A stretch of DNA of 64,000 nucleotides. Source: Octopus vulgaris. Lineage: Eukaryota. The notes below the pieces were generated by a model. It ran no database searches, was not told the origin of the DNA, and worked only from the letters and a program-made list of their open reading frames with translations. Both the position numbers and the translations under genes were made by a program. The stretch lies in the NCBI GenBank assembly GCA_951406725.2, contig OX597815.1:30504001-30568000 (forward strand), given 5' to 3'. Shown here in pieces: positions 12,720-23,688 of this stretch (its first letter is position 1; each line of letters begins with the position of its first letter).

Positions 12720-14280
12720 CCTTCGTAATACAGTGTAGGTAAAAATACACCGGAGTCTTTAGTCATCTGTAAAGTCACAACAAGGACCTCAGATACTTTC
12801 CTTAAGATGTAAGCTGTGCCCAATAAGGCTGCTTTTTGCAAGACATCAATCTTGCATGGGGTTTTCAGTTGCCTTAAGAAGTCTTGAAGTTTCAATGGGA
12901 TTGAGCCCAACGCTTCGATCACTACTGTTATCACTTTTACATTACCCTCTCGAAGATGGTTCAATTATGGGTCTTTCTTCCCACATCGGTAACACATCTT
13001 AACTTTCCTAAGTGATATTGTTATAGGTATTAGTGCAATTACAAAAAGTAACAGAGAAAACGAGTCGCCTTTGAAGATTCCCCTTTTAATAGTAACATCT
13101 CCAAAGAATACATTATTTGAGTACCATTTGGTTTTCCACTCTTTCATGCCATGCATCAGAAAATTTGTGATGTCGTCAGCAACACCAAACATCTGCAGTC
13201 ATTCAACGATCCAGGAATGAGGCATCATATCTTATGCCTCTTAAAGTCAATCCAAGTAATAGACATGTTTCTATGATGTTCATTTACGATACCTCAAAAC
13301 TGTTTTATCGATGACCAGGTGGTCCTTGGTACCCTGAGAACTCTTCCTACATCCTTTTTGTTCCGTTGGTAGTATTTCTTCTTGTGCCTGGAAAGAGTAT
13401 GTCTTTGCCGCACATATTCCAGGGAGTATCTTCCAGATTATGTTTAGACATGCTATGGGACGGTATTTTCCCACAATATTCTTTCTATCTTTCATTGCAA
13501 GTATTGCTGTCCCAGTCACCATCCACACGGGGACAGAACCTTTCTGGACACACTCATTCAATTGGGCTGCTAGTCTTTCATGCACTGCGTGCCATCTCTT
13601 CAGCCAGAAACCATGAATCCTATCTGATCCAGGGGCTTTCCAGTTAGGCACTTTACCCACTTGTTCTTTCACGTCACATGTGCTTATGACAATATTACTT
13701 TCTTTCTTTCCTCCTTGTAATTCTGTCTCGATATTTCCTATCCACATCCCTTTTATACATCTCATTGTTTTCCTATAATCCGCTCCAGAACTCCAGAACT
13801 CCTTGGTTTGATTTGCATCAGGTGCAACATTTTCCCCATTGTCTCCTTCTAATGTTCGGAAGAATAGCTTCGGTTTATTTTTGAACAATCTGGTCTCTTC
13901 GAACTGCTTATTTCTTTTCACAAATCTTCTGATCTTCCGGCTTTTTGTCATGATCCTCTGTTCTTCCGTATTTTATATTTCTTCTCTAAATAGAAAATAT
14001 TCAGAGAATATTTTATATTCTCTAAATTCTCGGTCTTTTTCTCATTGTTTCCAGTTTCTTCTTAACCATTGCTTAATTTTTCCTAGATCTTGCCTTGCCC
14101 GCGTTATGTCCCTTTTTGAATGCGTCATTTCCACTATGGTTCTTTTGCTCTATCATTTTTTGTTCTCTTAACTTGTGATTTCTCCTCAACAGGTAGCGCA
14201 ATAGTTTCCAACGTAGCACTTTCGCTACCTGATTGAATCGCCACAACTGGTAGTGGTTTTGGGAAAGTCTAGGATATTCG
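12720..14280 (-). mobile_element. Degraded, internally deleted R4/Dong-like LINE (RT N-half fused to the REL C-terminus)
   Basis: ORFs 13280-13951 (NWKAPGSDRIHGFWLK, YRPIACLN, EQKGCRK..GTKDHLVID), 12965-13192 (RGIFKGDSFSLLLF) and 12575-12964 (VVIEALG...LQKAALLGTAYILRKV). Followed by an (AAT)n tail. Confidence 0.9.
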
Positions 14281-14282
14281 AT

Positions 14283-14414
14283 TCTTCTTCTTCTTCTTCT
14301 TCTTCTTCTTCTTCTTCTTCTTCTTCTCCTCCTCCTCCTCCTCCTCCTCCTCCTCCTTCTTCTTCTTCTTCTTCTTGTTATCATCATCATCCTCATCATT
14401 ATTATTATTATTAC

Positions 14415-14465
<51 letters not shown>

Positions 14466-14520
14466 CATCATTATTATCATTATTATTATTATTATTGTTA
14501 TTATTATTAATATTATTATT
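14283..14520. repeat. Compound (TTC)n(TCC)n(TTA)n microsatellite
   Basis: Direct reading of the sequence. Confidence 0.97.
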
Positions 14521-14523
14521 ATC

Positions 14524-15129
14524 CAGTAGTATATTTTTTATATCGTGCTTTCACTTCACTACCAAGCACAGCTCTGTGTGCCTTGGGTATGTGCTGTGAT
14601 TTGTTGTGATGCTCTCATGGTTATTGTATGGAAAGTGTTCTGCGTAGGATGGTGCAGTGCCTAGTAGTGCAATTTTGTGTATGTTATATGTGTTTGTAAG
14701 TCCTGGTGTTTTTGTTATGTATTTGTCTGAATAGTTTTTTATCATGCCTAATGTACCTATTATGATAGGAATTGTTTCTGCTTTTAGATTCCACATTCTG
14801 GTTACCTCTATTTCCAGGTCTTTGTATTTTGAAAGTTTTTCCATTTCTTTTAGAGACACGTTGTCATCCGCTGGTATTGATACATCAATTAGAAAACATT
14901 TTTTTCTTCATGATCTCTGACAACTATATCTGGTCTGTTGGCCTTAATTTCTCTATCTGTGTGTATTGGCATATCCCAGAGTATGGTTGCTTTCTCGTTT
15001 TCTGTGTCCTTTTCTGGTGTGTGCATATACCATCTTTTTTCTGTTGTTATTCCATAATGTTGGCATAGTTTCCAGTGTATATAGGTCCCAACTCTGTCGT
15101 GTCTGTGAATATATTCCTTCTTAGCCATA
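14524..15129 (-). mobile_element. 5'-truncated R4/Dong-like LINE (REL domain plus 3' UTR)
   Basis: ORFs give YIHRHDRVG..IHW..C, ILWDMPIHTDREIKANRPDIVV and EKLSKYKDL..PIIIGTLG. It has frameshifts and an (AAT)n tail. Confidence 0.92.
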
Positions 15130-15143
15130 TTATTATTATTATC

Positions 15144-15390
15144 ATCATAGTAGGTGCATTAGGCATGATAAAAAAATATTCAGACAAACACATAACAAAA
15201 ACACCAGGACTTACAAACACATATAACATACACAAAATTGCACTACTAGGCACTGCACACATCCTACGCAGAACACTTTCCATACAATAACCATCAGAGC
15301 ATCACAACAAATCACAGCACATACCCAAGGCACACAGAGCTGCGCTCGGTAGTGAAGTGAAAGCACGCTATAAAAATAAAAATAAAACTA

Positions 15391-15393
<3 letters not shown>
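15144..15393 (+). mobile_element. 5'-truncated R4/Dong-like LINE 3' end, same family as 14524-15129, opposite orientation
   Basis: Reads IIVGALGMIKKYSDK...KIALLGTAHILRRTLSIQ*, then 3' UTR and (AAT)n. Confidence 0.92.
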
Positions 15394-15435
<42 letters not shown>

Positions 15436-15451
15436 TATTATTATTATTATA

Positions 15452-15523
<72 letters not shown>

Positions 15524-15546
15524 GTTGTTATAATTATAATTATTTT

Positions 15547-15940
15547 GGTGAGCTGACGGAATCGTTAGCAGGTCGAGCGAAATGCTTAGCGGCATTTCGC
15601 CTGCCGTTATGTTCTGAGTTCAAATTCCGTCGAGGTCGACTTTGCCTTTCATCCTTTCGGGGTCGATAAATTAAGTACCAGTTACGCACTGGGGTCGATG
15701 TAATCGACTTAATCCGTTTGTCTGTCCTTGTTTGTTCCCTCTGTGTTTAGCCCCTTGTGGGTAGTAGAGAAATAGTTATTTCGCCTGCCGTTACGTCCTG
15801 GGTTCAAATTCCGCCGAAGTGGACTTTGCCTTTCATACTTTCGCTGTCGATATATTAAGTATCAGTGAAACACTAGGGTCGATGTAATCGACTAGTCCCC
15901 CCCCTAAATTTGAGGCCCTGTGCCTCCAGTACAAAGGATT
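15547..15940 (+). mobile_element. SINE family A dimer (full unit with tail alpha plus headless unit with tail beta)
   Basis: Two B-box/core blocks joined at gagaaatag|ttatttcgcctgccg (~15776). Confidence 0.88.
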
Positions 15941-15953
15941 ATTATCATCATCA

Positions 15954-16050
<97 letters not shown>

Positions 16051-16439
16051 TATTGTTATTTGCTTCTATCCGCGCAAGATGTAGTTTGGTACACACCCAA
16101 AACGTTTTTAAAAATTCGTCGATAATTTTGCTTTCTAGGATTTTGTTATTGTTGATTTATCGACTCCTTTGTTGCTGACACGACCATTAAGGATTGGTCA
16201 ATTTATGCAGTTTGTCAGCCTTTGAGTCTATATTATTAAAAGTTTTTCTTCTTCCCACTCAGCAATTTCAATAACATTCAGTATGATGGCGTCTATGCAA
16301 GCCTGACAACAAAAGAGTGGAGTGGATGGCGATTCGAGCAGCTAATGAAATCTTTCTCTTCGCTATTTCAAGGAACGAATATCTCAGTCAACAGTCCAAT
16401 TTCAAATAACACTGCCTACACTGCGACAGGTGAAAGTAA

Positions 16440-16732
16440 CACCACCACCACCACCACCACCACCACCGCCGCCGCCGCCACCACCATCACCACCACCACC
16501 ACCACCACCACCACCACCACCACCACCACCACCACCACCACCACCGCCGCCGCCGCCGCCGCCACCACCACCACCACCACCACCACCACCACCACCACCA
16601 CCACCACCACCACCACCACCACCACCACCACCACCACCACCACGGTTCGAAATTTCCCCAACACATCTGATACAGACTGGAGAGTATATCAGCCGAAACT
16701 TTGTGTTAACGACAAACAAGAACAAGAACAAG

Positions 16733-16767
<35 letters not shown>

Positions 16768-16790
16768 AAGCAACAACAAAAACAGCAGCC
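16440..16790. repeat. (ACC)n/(GCC)n tract (16440-16642) and (CAA)n-like tract (16713-16790)
   Basis: Direct reading. These tracts explain the overlapping poly-T, poly-P, poly-G and poly-V ORFs. Confidence 0.95.
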
Positions 16791-17029
16791 ACGTGGCAAA
16801 CAGAAACCACCCGACATCATGACCAGCAATAATGGCTACAACAGCAACAACAGCATGAATAAAGAATGGGAAATAATAACAACACTTTCTTTCAGTGACA
16901 AGTTTTCCGAAAGTTCCCGAAACAATTACTGTTACCACAAGAGCAGATCTACCACCAACCATACTTCCACTACATCCTCTGGCTCCGGCACCACGGAAGG
17001 TGGTATTCATTACTAGAACAATAATATTT

Positions 17030-17197
17030 TAACCATAGTCGCAAAGCCTGAAATTTCTTGGGGAGGGGACTAATCGATTGCACCGACCCCAGTGTTTCAC
17101 TGGTACTTAATTTATCAACCCTGAAAGGATGAAAGACAAAGTCAACTTCGACAGAATTTGAACTCAGAACGTAGTGACAGGTGAAACGCTGATAAGC
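17030..17197 (-). mobile_element. SINE family A, partial
   Basis: Reverse complement of the core (ctggtacttaatttatcaaccctgaaaggatgaaag) and the B-box. Confidence 0.85.
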
Positions 17198-17229
17198 TCG
17201 TCGGATCTAGTCTTTTCTCATTCACAAAA

Positions 17230-17859
17230 TGACCACCCCGCTTAATTTTGCTTAGATTGCTTTCAGTTTTAGTGTTTCGTTGCAACTCTGAATTTTGATT
17301 ATGAATCTGATTAAAGAATCTGATGTTATTTGGAATTAAAGTTGGAAAATGTGGGTAATTTTAGCGAATCAACAGACAGCGTGGCGTTAGCAAATAGTTA
17401 CCATGACAACCGCACGCTGTGTTGTGGTTCACTGTTGTCTGTGCCGCTGTTGTTTATTTTGATTTTTCACACTTGATTCTTCACAAGAGATTCTTTTCAC
17501 ACGCGTGTTTTATTTTAATTTTTCTGTGTGTTAGTATATTACATATTTTTCTGTGCTTCTGTGTGTTAGTATTTTAAAATATTTTTCATTTGATATATTT
17601 TTGGGACTCATTGACACAGATAGCTGGATTTATGATTTCACTAGGTTAATTCTATTAGTAGAAATTTAAATTAGGAGTATTTCTTAAACCGTTAGCTTCA
17701 CATTTTAACAGCTTAACTGAAATTTAGCCCACGTAACAGGAACTGAGAGGGATATCGTGGAACAGAGAAACATAATTTGACATTATGTTTGAATTCTGCA
17801 TGCAAAAACATAAGAAACGGGTATTCTTTTCCTTGGAAAAAATTCTTTGTTAACCAGTG
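17230..17859. mobile_element. Possible non-autonomous Chapaev3-like (CMC) DNA transposon relic
   Basis: Ends tttgaattctgcatgcaaaaa...ttgttaaccagtg, similar to the termini at 26663 and 28273. Left end uncertain. Confidence 0.4.
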
Positions 17860-17905
17860 TCATCTTAGTCGTAGCTTACAAATCCATGCATGAAAACGTT
17901 ACTCA

Positions 17906-17959
<54 letters not shown>

Positions 17960-19134
17960 GCACACACATTAATGATGTACACAAATACATGACAGGTATA
18001 CATGATTCAGAAATACGAATAAAGAAAACATATGCAGACAAATATATTAATATAACAAATTTTTAAAACATGATAAAAATATACAATCAGTAAAGTGACA
18101 AAAGAAGCAGTAAGATGATACATATTGATTTTATTAGGTATTTCTGTTTATTTAGAAACCTACACTGAACAGGTCAGACGCTAAACTATAAATTTTACAG
18201 GGTACAACCTTAAAGTTGACACCGTTGCGCTAAACGGAGAAAATTTCTGTCTTGCTATTGGCTAAAAATACAGTTTTTACGATTTTTGAACCTCTAACTT
18301 TTTTCTCCAATATTTTTCTCCACAAAATCATACCTTCAAAGGCTATATTATTATAGCCGATTTTCAGATTTTTTTTATTTCCTTTTAAAAAAGGCATATT
18401 TTGCGAATGAAAAAAAAACTCGATCCAGCTCGCCGCCTTAATTGGTAGAATAATAACAACAACGACTAAAAGAAGACAAGTGCCAGTGCAACAAAAGTCG
18501 CGAAGAAATGATCAGCTCAGTGGGAGATGAGAAACCTTGCGGCTCGTTTACAAATCGGATAGGAATGTCGCTCAGGCAATGCTACAGAATGTCATTTAGG
18601 AGAACGGGATCTTTTCTATTCTGAAGCCAGTTTTTTCAAATTTTTCCTACTGAACCAAACAATTTGAAACTTCGTATACTGGTAGAATGTGTCAAAAGTA
18701 AACTTAATTGTAAACCAGAATGAAAACGGAATTGTAACTTCTAAGTTTAACGTTGTTTAATAATTAGAATTTTAACCAATGATATTCCGTCATTCGGCTT
18801 TATTTTATTTACTCCGTCTCGACCACCAATTTCGTGACGTATTAAACATCTTAAATGTAAACAAGCGCATCCTTCTAATTATTTAACGTACTCATGTTTC
18901 CAGGATCCTATAGTCAGCCACCTTCTAATAACAATATTTAAAACTAGTTAATAAGCCACATGTATTAAATTAAAAATGTTTCCATTCTGTTAGTACTTGC
19001 TTTCGTTTGCTATTAAGAAGTGGCATCTCATTGACGAGGCTTCTAACAAGATTTCGTTTCTAAGCTAATGCGTTTCATTTCACTTATTGTATTTATTTGT
19101 GCAATAGGCAAGAAATTTAATATTAAAAAAGCAA

Positions 19135-19233
19135 AGAGCTGGCAGAAACGTTAGCACGCCGGGCGAAATGCGTAGCCGTATTTCGTCTGCCGTTACGTTC
19201 TGAGTTCCGCCGAGGTCGATTTTGCCTATCATC
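19135..19233 (+). mobile_element. SINE family A head, 3'-truncated
   Basis: gagctggcagaaacgttagcacgccgggcgaaatgcgtagccgtatttcgtc. Confidence 0.85.
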
Positions 19234-20299
19234 ACACACACACACCAGACTTCAACACACGTGCTTATAAGCCGTCTTCAACTACGTCACAAAACTGCTT
19301 TCAACGTCACACTAACAGATCGCAGTAACGTTTTAGATATGAAAACAAGCAATCTCATTGGTTAAAATTCGCAGTTTTAATCTACGATTAAAGTCATAAA
19401 ATAGATTTTTCTCAAATAAACTAGTTCCAACTGGCGAATAAACTAGTTCCACTCTATGAGTACACGAAGTTTCAAATTATTTAGTTAACTAGAAAGATCT
19501 GGGGTCCTGGCCACAAATTTGAAAAGATCCGGAGAACGAGAGATATATAAGCACTGAATATCAAAGAATGAAGAAACTGACGCATGCAAAAATAAATAGT
19601 TGAAGGCGGTTTAAAGACAAATGTATATAAATAAAAACTTTCGTTATATTTTCCATCTAATAGAAACAGATAAAGGTCTGATCCGCCTAATATAGCAAAG
19701 CGAGGAATCAAATGAATTCAAAAATTTAAAAGTGTATGGAAGAGTTCATGGAGAACACCATAATTTTTACAACCGATAAAAAATTTTTAAATGATAATTC
19801 AGATACATACTGGATTTGTTTTGATTTAACTGATTGAAAAGGTATGCAAAGGACTGCAAACCTATTCATATAGTTCAATCTGTCTTACAAGTATCGAGCA
19901 ACTGTATCAATTCATTCAGTTAGTATCTGATAAAGTATTCGTCTTGTCAACAGTGGAAATGGTGAAGATGACCAACAATTTTAAGCAGTCACTACACAGA
20001 ACAAAGTTTTCGATGTGAGAGATGGTCTAGACAGGAAACGCAGACAGGAGCCCGGCTAGTGTAATCTATATTCATATAGGGAATTACCGAATGTGTCAGT
20101 TGTCGAGGGCGCTCATTATGAACAGTGAGGGGTTTTTTCCTAATAGGGCCAATTAGACTAGTATCGAAAACGCTTAAAAATAAAGAAGCAATAAAAATTA
20201 GTTTAGAGAGGTTGCTAGTTGGCAAATTAGAATATTTTTTTTTAAAAAACGAAGATCGACATGTTGACCGTGAGAATGACTTTCAGTTATTGCTTTCTT

Positions 20300-20531
20300 A
20301 TTTCTTTATTTCCCACAAGGGGCTACACATAGAGGGGACAAACAAGGACAGACAAAGAGATTAAGTCGATTACATCGACCTCAGTGCGTAACTGGTACTT
20401 AATTCATCGACCCTGAAAGAATGAAAGGCAAAGACGACCTCGGCGGAATTTGAACTCAGAACATAAAGACAGACGAAATATCGCTTAGCATTTCGCCCGG
20501 CATGCTGACGTTTCTGCCATCTCGCCGTCTT
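20300..20531 (-). mobile_element. SINE family A, full length, tail alpha
   Basis: Reverse complement of head, core and tail (tgtcccctctatgtgtagccccttgtgggaaataaagaaat). Confidence 0.9.
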
Positions 20532-21251
20532 AGACAGACATTTCAGTTATTTCTTACTGTAACATGAAACACGACGGTTGTGTTGTCAGAGATGAGACCG
20601 AGTTATAAGACAAGAAAGAACGAAAAACGCTATATGGACCAGAGCAGCAGGTACACAGCGTGGAAACAAACATAATTTGATCTTTGACGGTTACGGATGG
20701 GTGCACACTAATCAATCCTAAACAAAAGTAAGATGTTTTCTAGACTACCGTCTTCTGAGATTTGAACGTAATTCTAAATTTCGCAATCCAAGTTTTATTC
20801 TTGTTTTGCTGGATTATTGATATCTTGTGTCACTTATAGGCCCTTTGGCCTTCCATACTTAATGCACAATCACCATCATTACGTATAATGATTTATTACA
20901 AAGACAAAACTTCCATTTACTGAGTAGGAAGGAATAAAAGGTAAAATTACTCATGTTTTAATAAAGAAATCAACAATGTCGATAAAAAAACCTTATTAAT
21001 AGGGTTATATATAAATGTATGTATAATATCTGTGTGTGTACGTATGTATATGTGCTTGTGCGTGTGTATGTGTCTGTATGCATTCATGTATCTGTCTATG
21101 CATATACATATGTATCAAAGGCTAAAAGATTGATTCCTCGGTGGATTGGCAATAATGGCAAACAGAAAGAAAGAGAAAGAGAGGAGGAGAAGGTAAAGAG
21201 TGAGTCCTAGAAGTTCACACACATGCACATATATAAACAGTATGCCTGCCG

Positions 21252-21430
<179 letters not shown>

Positions 21431-21698
21431 TAAACGCATACGTATCTGTATGTTTATGTATACATATAAAGTGCATACGTGTATGCTTTGTTCACTTCCT
21501 GTCTTTAAATACTATTTAATTCTTGCAATGTCACGCATTTTATATTATTTCCTTTAATTATTTAATTCTGTACATACATACGTATGCACGCACATACGTC
21601 CATACATACATAATACCTTCATACATACATACATACATACATACATACATACATACATACATACATACATACATACATACACACATATGTAGAGACAA

Positions 21699-21739
<41 letters not shown>

Positions 21740-22019
21740 TGCGTGTGTAGGTACGTGTTTGGTGTGTGTATATATATATATTTATATTTACATGCGCACA
21801 TTTATAGAGACACACAAACACATTTATCTATATGAAATTTTTTTTTCCTTTCTTTAAATTTCGTTGAGGGAACACAAATTTGACACTCAATTCATCATTG
21901 CTGAAATGGTATTTCATGAAGAAATAAATGACCAAAGAAGAAAACAAAAATAAACCGATGAATCTTTGAATTATTGAGAACAAGGTAAGAGAGAGAACGG
22001 AACGGAGAGGAGAATATAG

Positions 22020-22065
<46 letters not shown>

Positions 22066-22307
22066 AGAGGAAGAATGCAAGAAAGAGGTGATACGACAAT
22101 AATGACGAAGAATTGGTAGAATTTTCTTTTTTTTAAATATATGGACTGAAGATGGATGAGAGTGAAGGATAAAGTATCAGAGAATCTGGAGAGTGAGACA
22201 AATGGGAAGTTGCAGAGAAAGGAGGTAGCAATAAAATCAATAGAAAAGAGAGAGGGAATCAGAGTGAGAGTGAGAGAAAGAGTTTGTGCATGTGTGAGAG
22301 AGAGAGA

Positions 22308-22604
22308 GGAGAAAAAGGTAGAGAGGGAGAGAAAGGAGAAAAAGGTAGAGAGGGAGAGAAAGGAGAAAAAGATAGAGAGGGAGAGAAAGGAGAAAAAGGT
22401 AGAGAGGGAGAGAAAGGAGAAAAAGGTAGAGAGGGAGAGAAAGGAGAAAAAGGTAGAGAGGGAGAGAAAGGAGAAAAAGGTAGAGAGGGAGAGAAAGGAG
22501 AAAAAGGTAGAGAGGGAGAGAAAGGAGAAAAAGGTAGAGAGGGAGAGAAAGGAGAAAAAGGTAGAGAGGGAGAGAAAGGAGAAAAAGGTAGAGAGGGAGA
22601 GAAA
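22308..22604. repeat. 27-bp polypurine minisatellite, 11 copies (GGAGAAAAAGGTAGAGAGGGAGAGAAA)
   Basis: The unit appears as KEKKVERER x11 in ORF 22156-22626, with one variant unit (KEKKIERER). Confidence 0.95.
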
Positions 22605-22731
22605 GAGAGAGGTGGAGAGATCGTGATAAAGAGGGCGAGAGGAAAAGAGAGAGAAAGACTGTCAGAAAGAGAAAGAGAAAGAAAGACAGAAACAGAGATA
22701 GAGACAGAGAAATGTGTTTGTGTGTGTATGA

Positions 22732-22772
<41 letters not shown>

Positions 22773-22895
22773 AGGCTGATATTAATGATAGTCGAATGAT
22801 TATGACAGATCGACAGCTGTGACTAACTATATTGATGATCCTTGAGAAATGATATTGCAAAGAATGATATTGCAGAGAAAGGATATTACCGCGAT

Positions 22896-22942
<47 letters not shown>

Positions 22943-23109
22943 CACACACACACGCCCACACACACACACGCCCACACACACACGCCCACACACACACATG
23001 CACTCACATAGATGTGGGGCTTAAATTAGTGAATTAGAAAGAGATATATAGTTGCATGGATAAACAGAGAGAAGCAGAGAGAGAGAGAGAGGAAGCGAGA
23101 GAAAGAGAG

Positions 23110-23148
<39 letters not shown>

Positions 23149-23465
23149 AGAGAGAACACACCAAACTAATTAATGTCTCTCATTATTCTTAAATATCCAT
23201 ACTTTTGTTCTTGCCGTTTTTATTATTTGGCTTGAAGTGTCAGTGTTGGAGATGCTTATTATTTTCCAAGTTTATTGCTTTTAGTTGGCAGTTGAATTGT
23301 TTCTGTTATTAATCTATTTGATGTGATTGGAAAACATTCAGACTATAAAAATAAAAAACATGGATTGACAAACACCTTTTAATTATCATATCATTAGTCT
23401 GCTACTTTCCTTATTCGAATCCCACTGGAGTTGGTTTGGCCGATAGAAAAATGTACAGTAATATA

Positions 23466-23688
23466 TATTTCTTTACTACCCACAAGGGGCTAAACATAGA
23501 GGGGACAAATAAGGACAGACAAACGAATTTAAGTCGATTATATCGACCCCAGTGCGTAACTGGTACTTAATTTATCGACCCCGAAAGGATGAAAGGCAAA
23601 GTCGACCTCGGCGGAATTTGAACTCGGAACGTAACGGTAGACGAAATACGGCTACGCATTTCGCCCGGCGTGCTAACGGTTCTGCCAG
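23466..23688 (-). mobile_element. SINE family A, near full length, tail alpha
   Basis: Reverse complement of head, B-box, core and tail alpha. Confidence 0.9.

Noticed and set aside
22156-22769. KEKKVERER or collagen-like GEKGRE repeat proteins
   Set aside because: Both are frames of one 27-bp purine minisatellite, flanked by GA and TG microsatellites.
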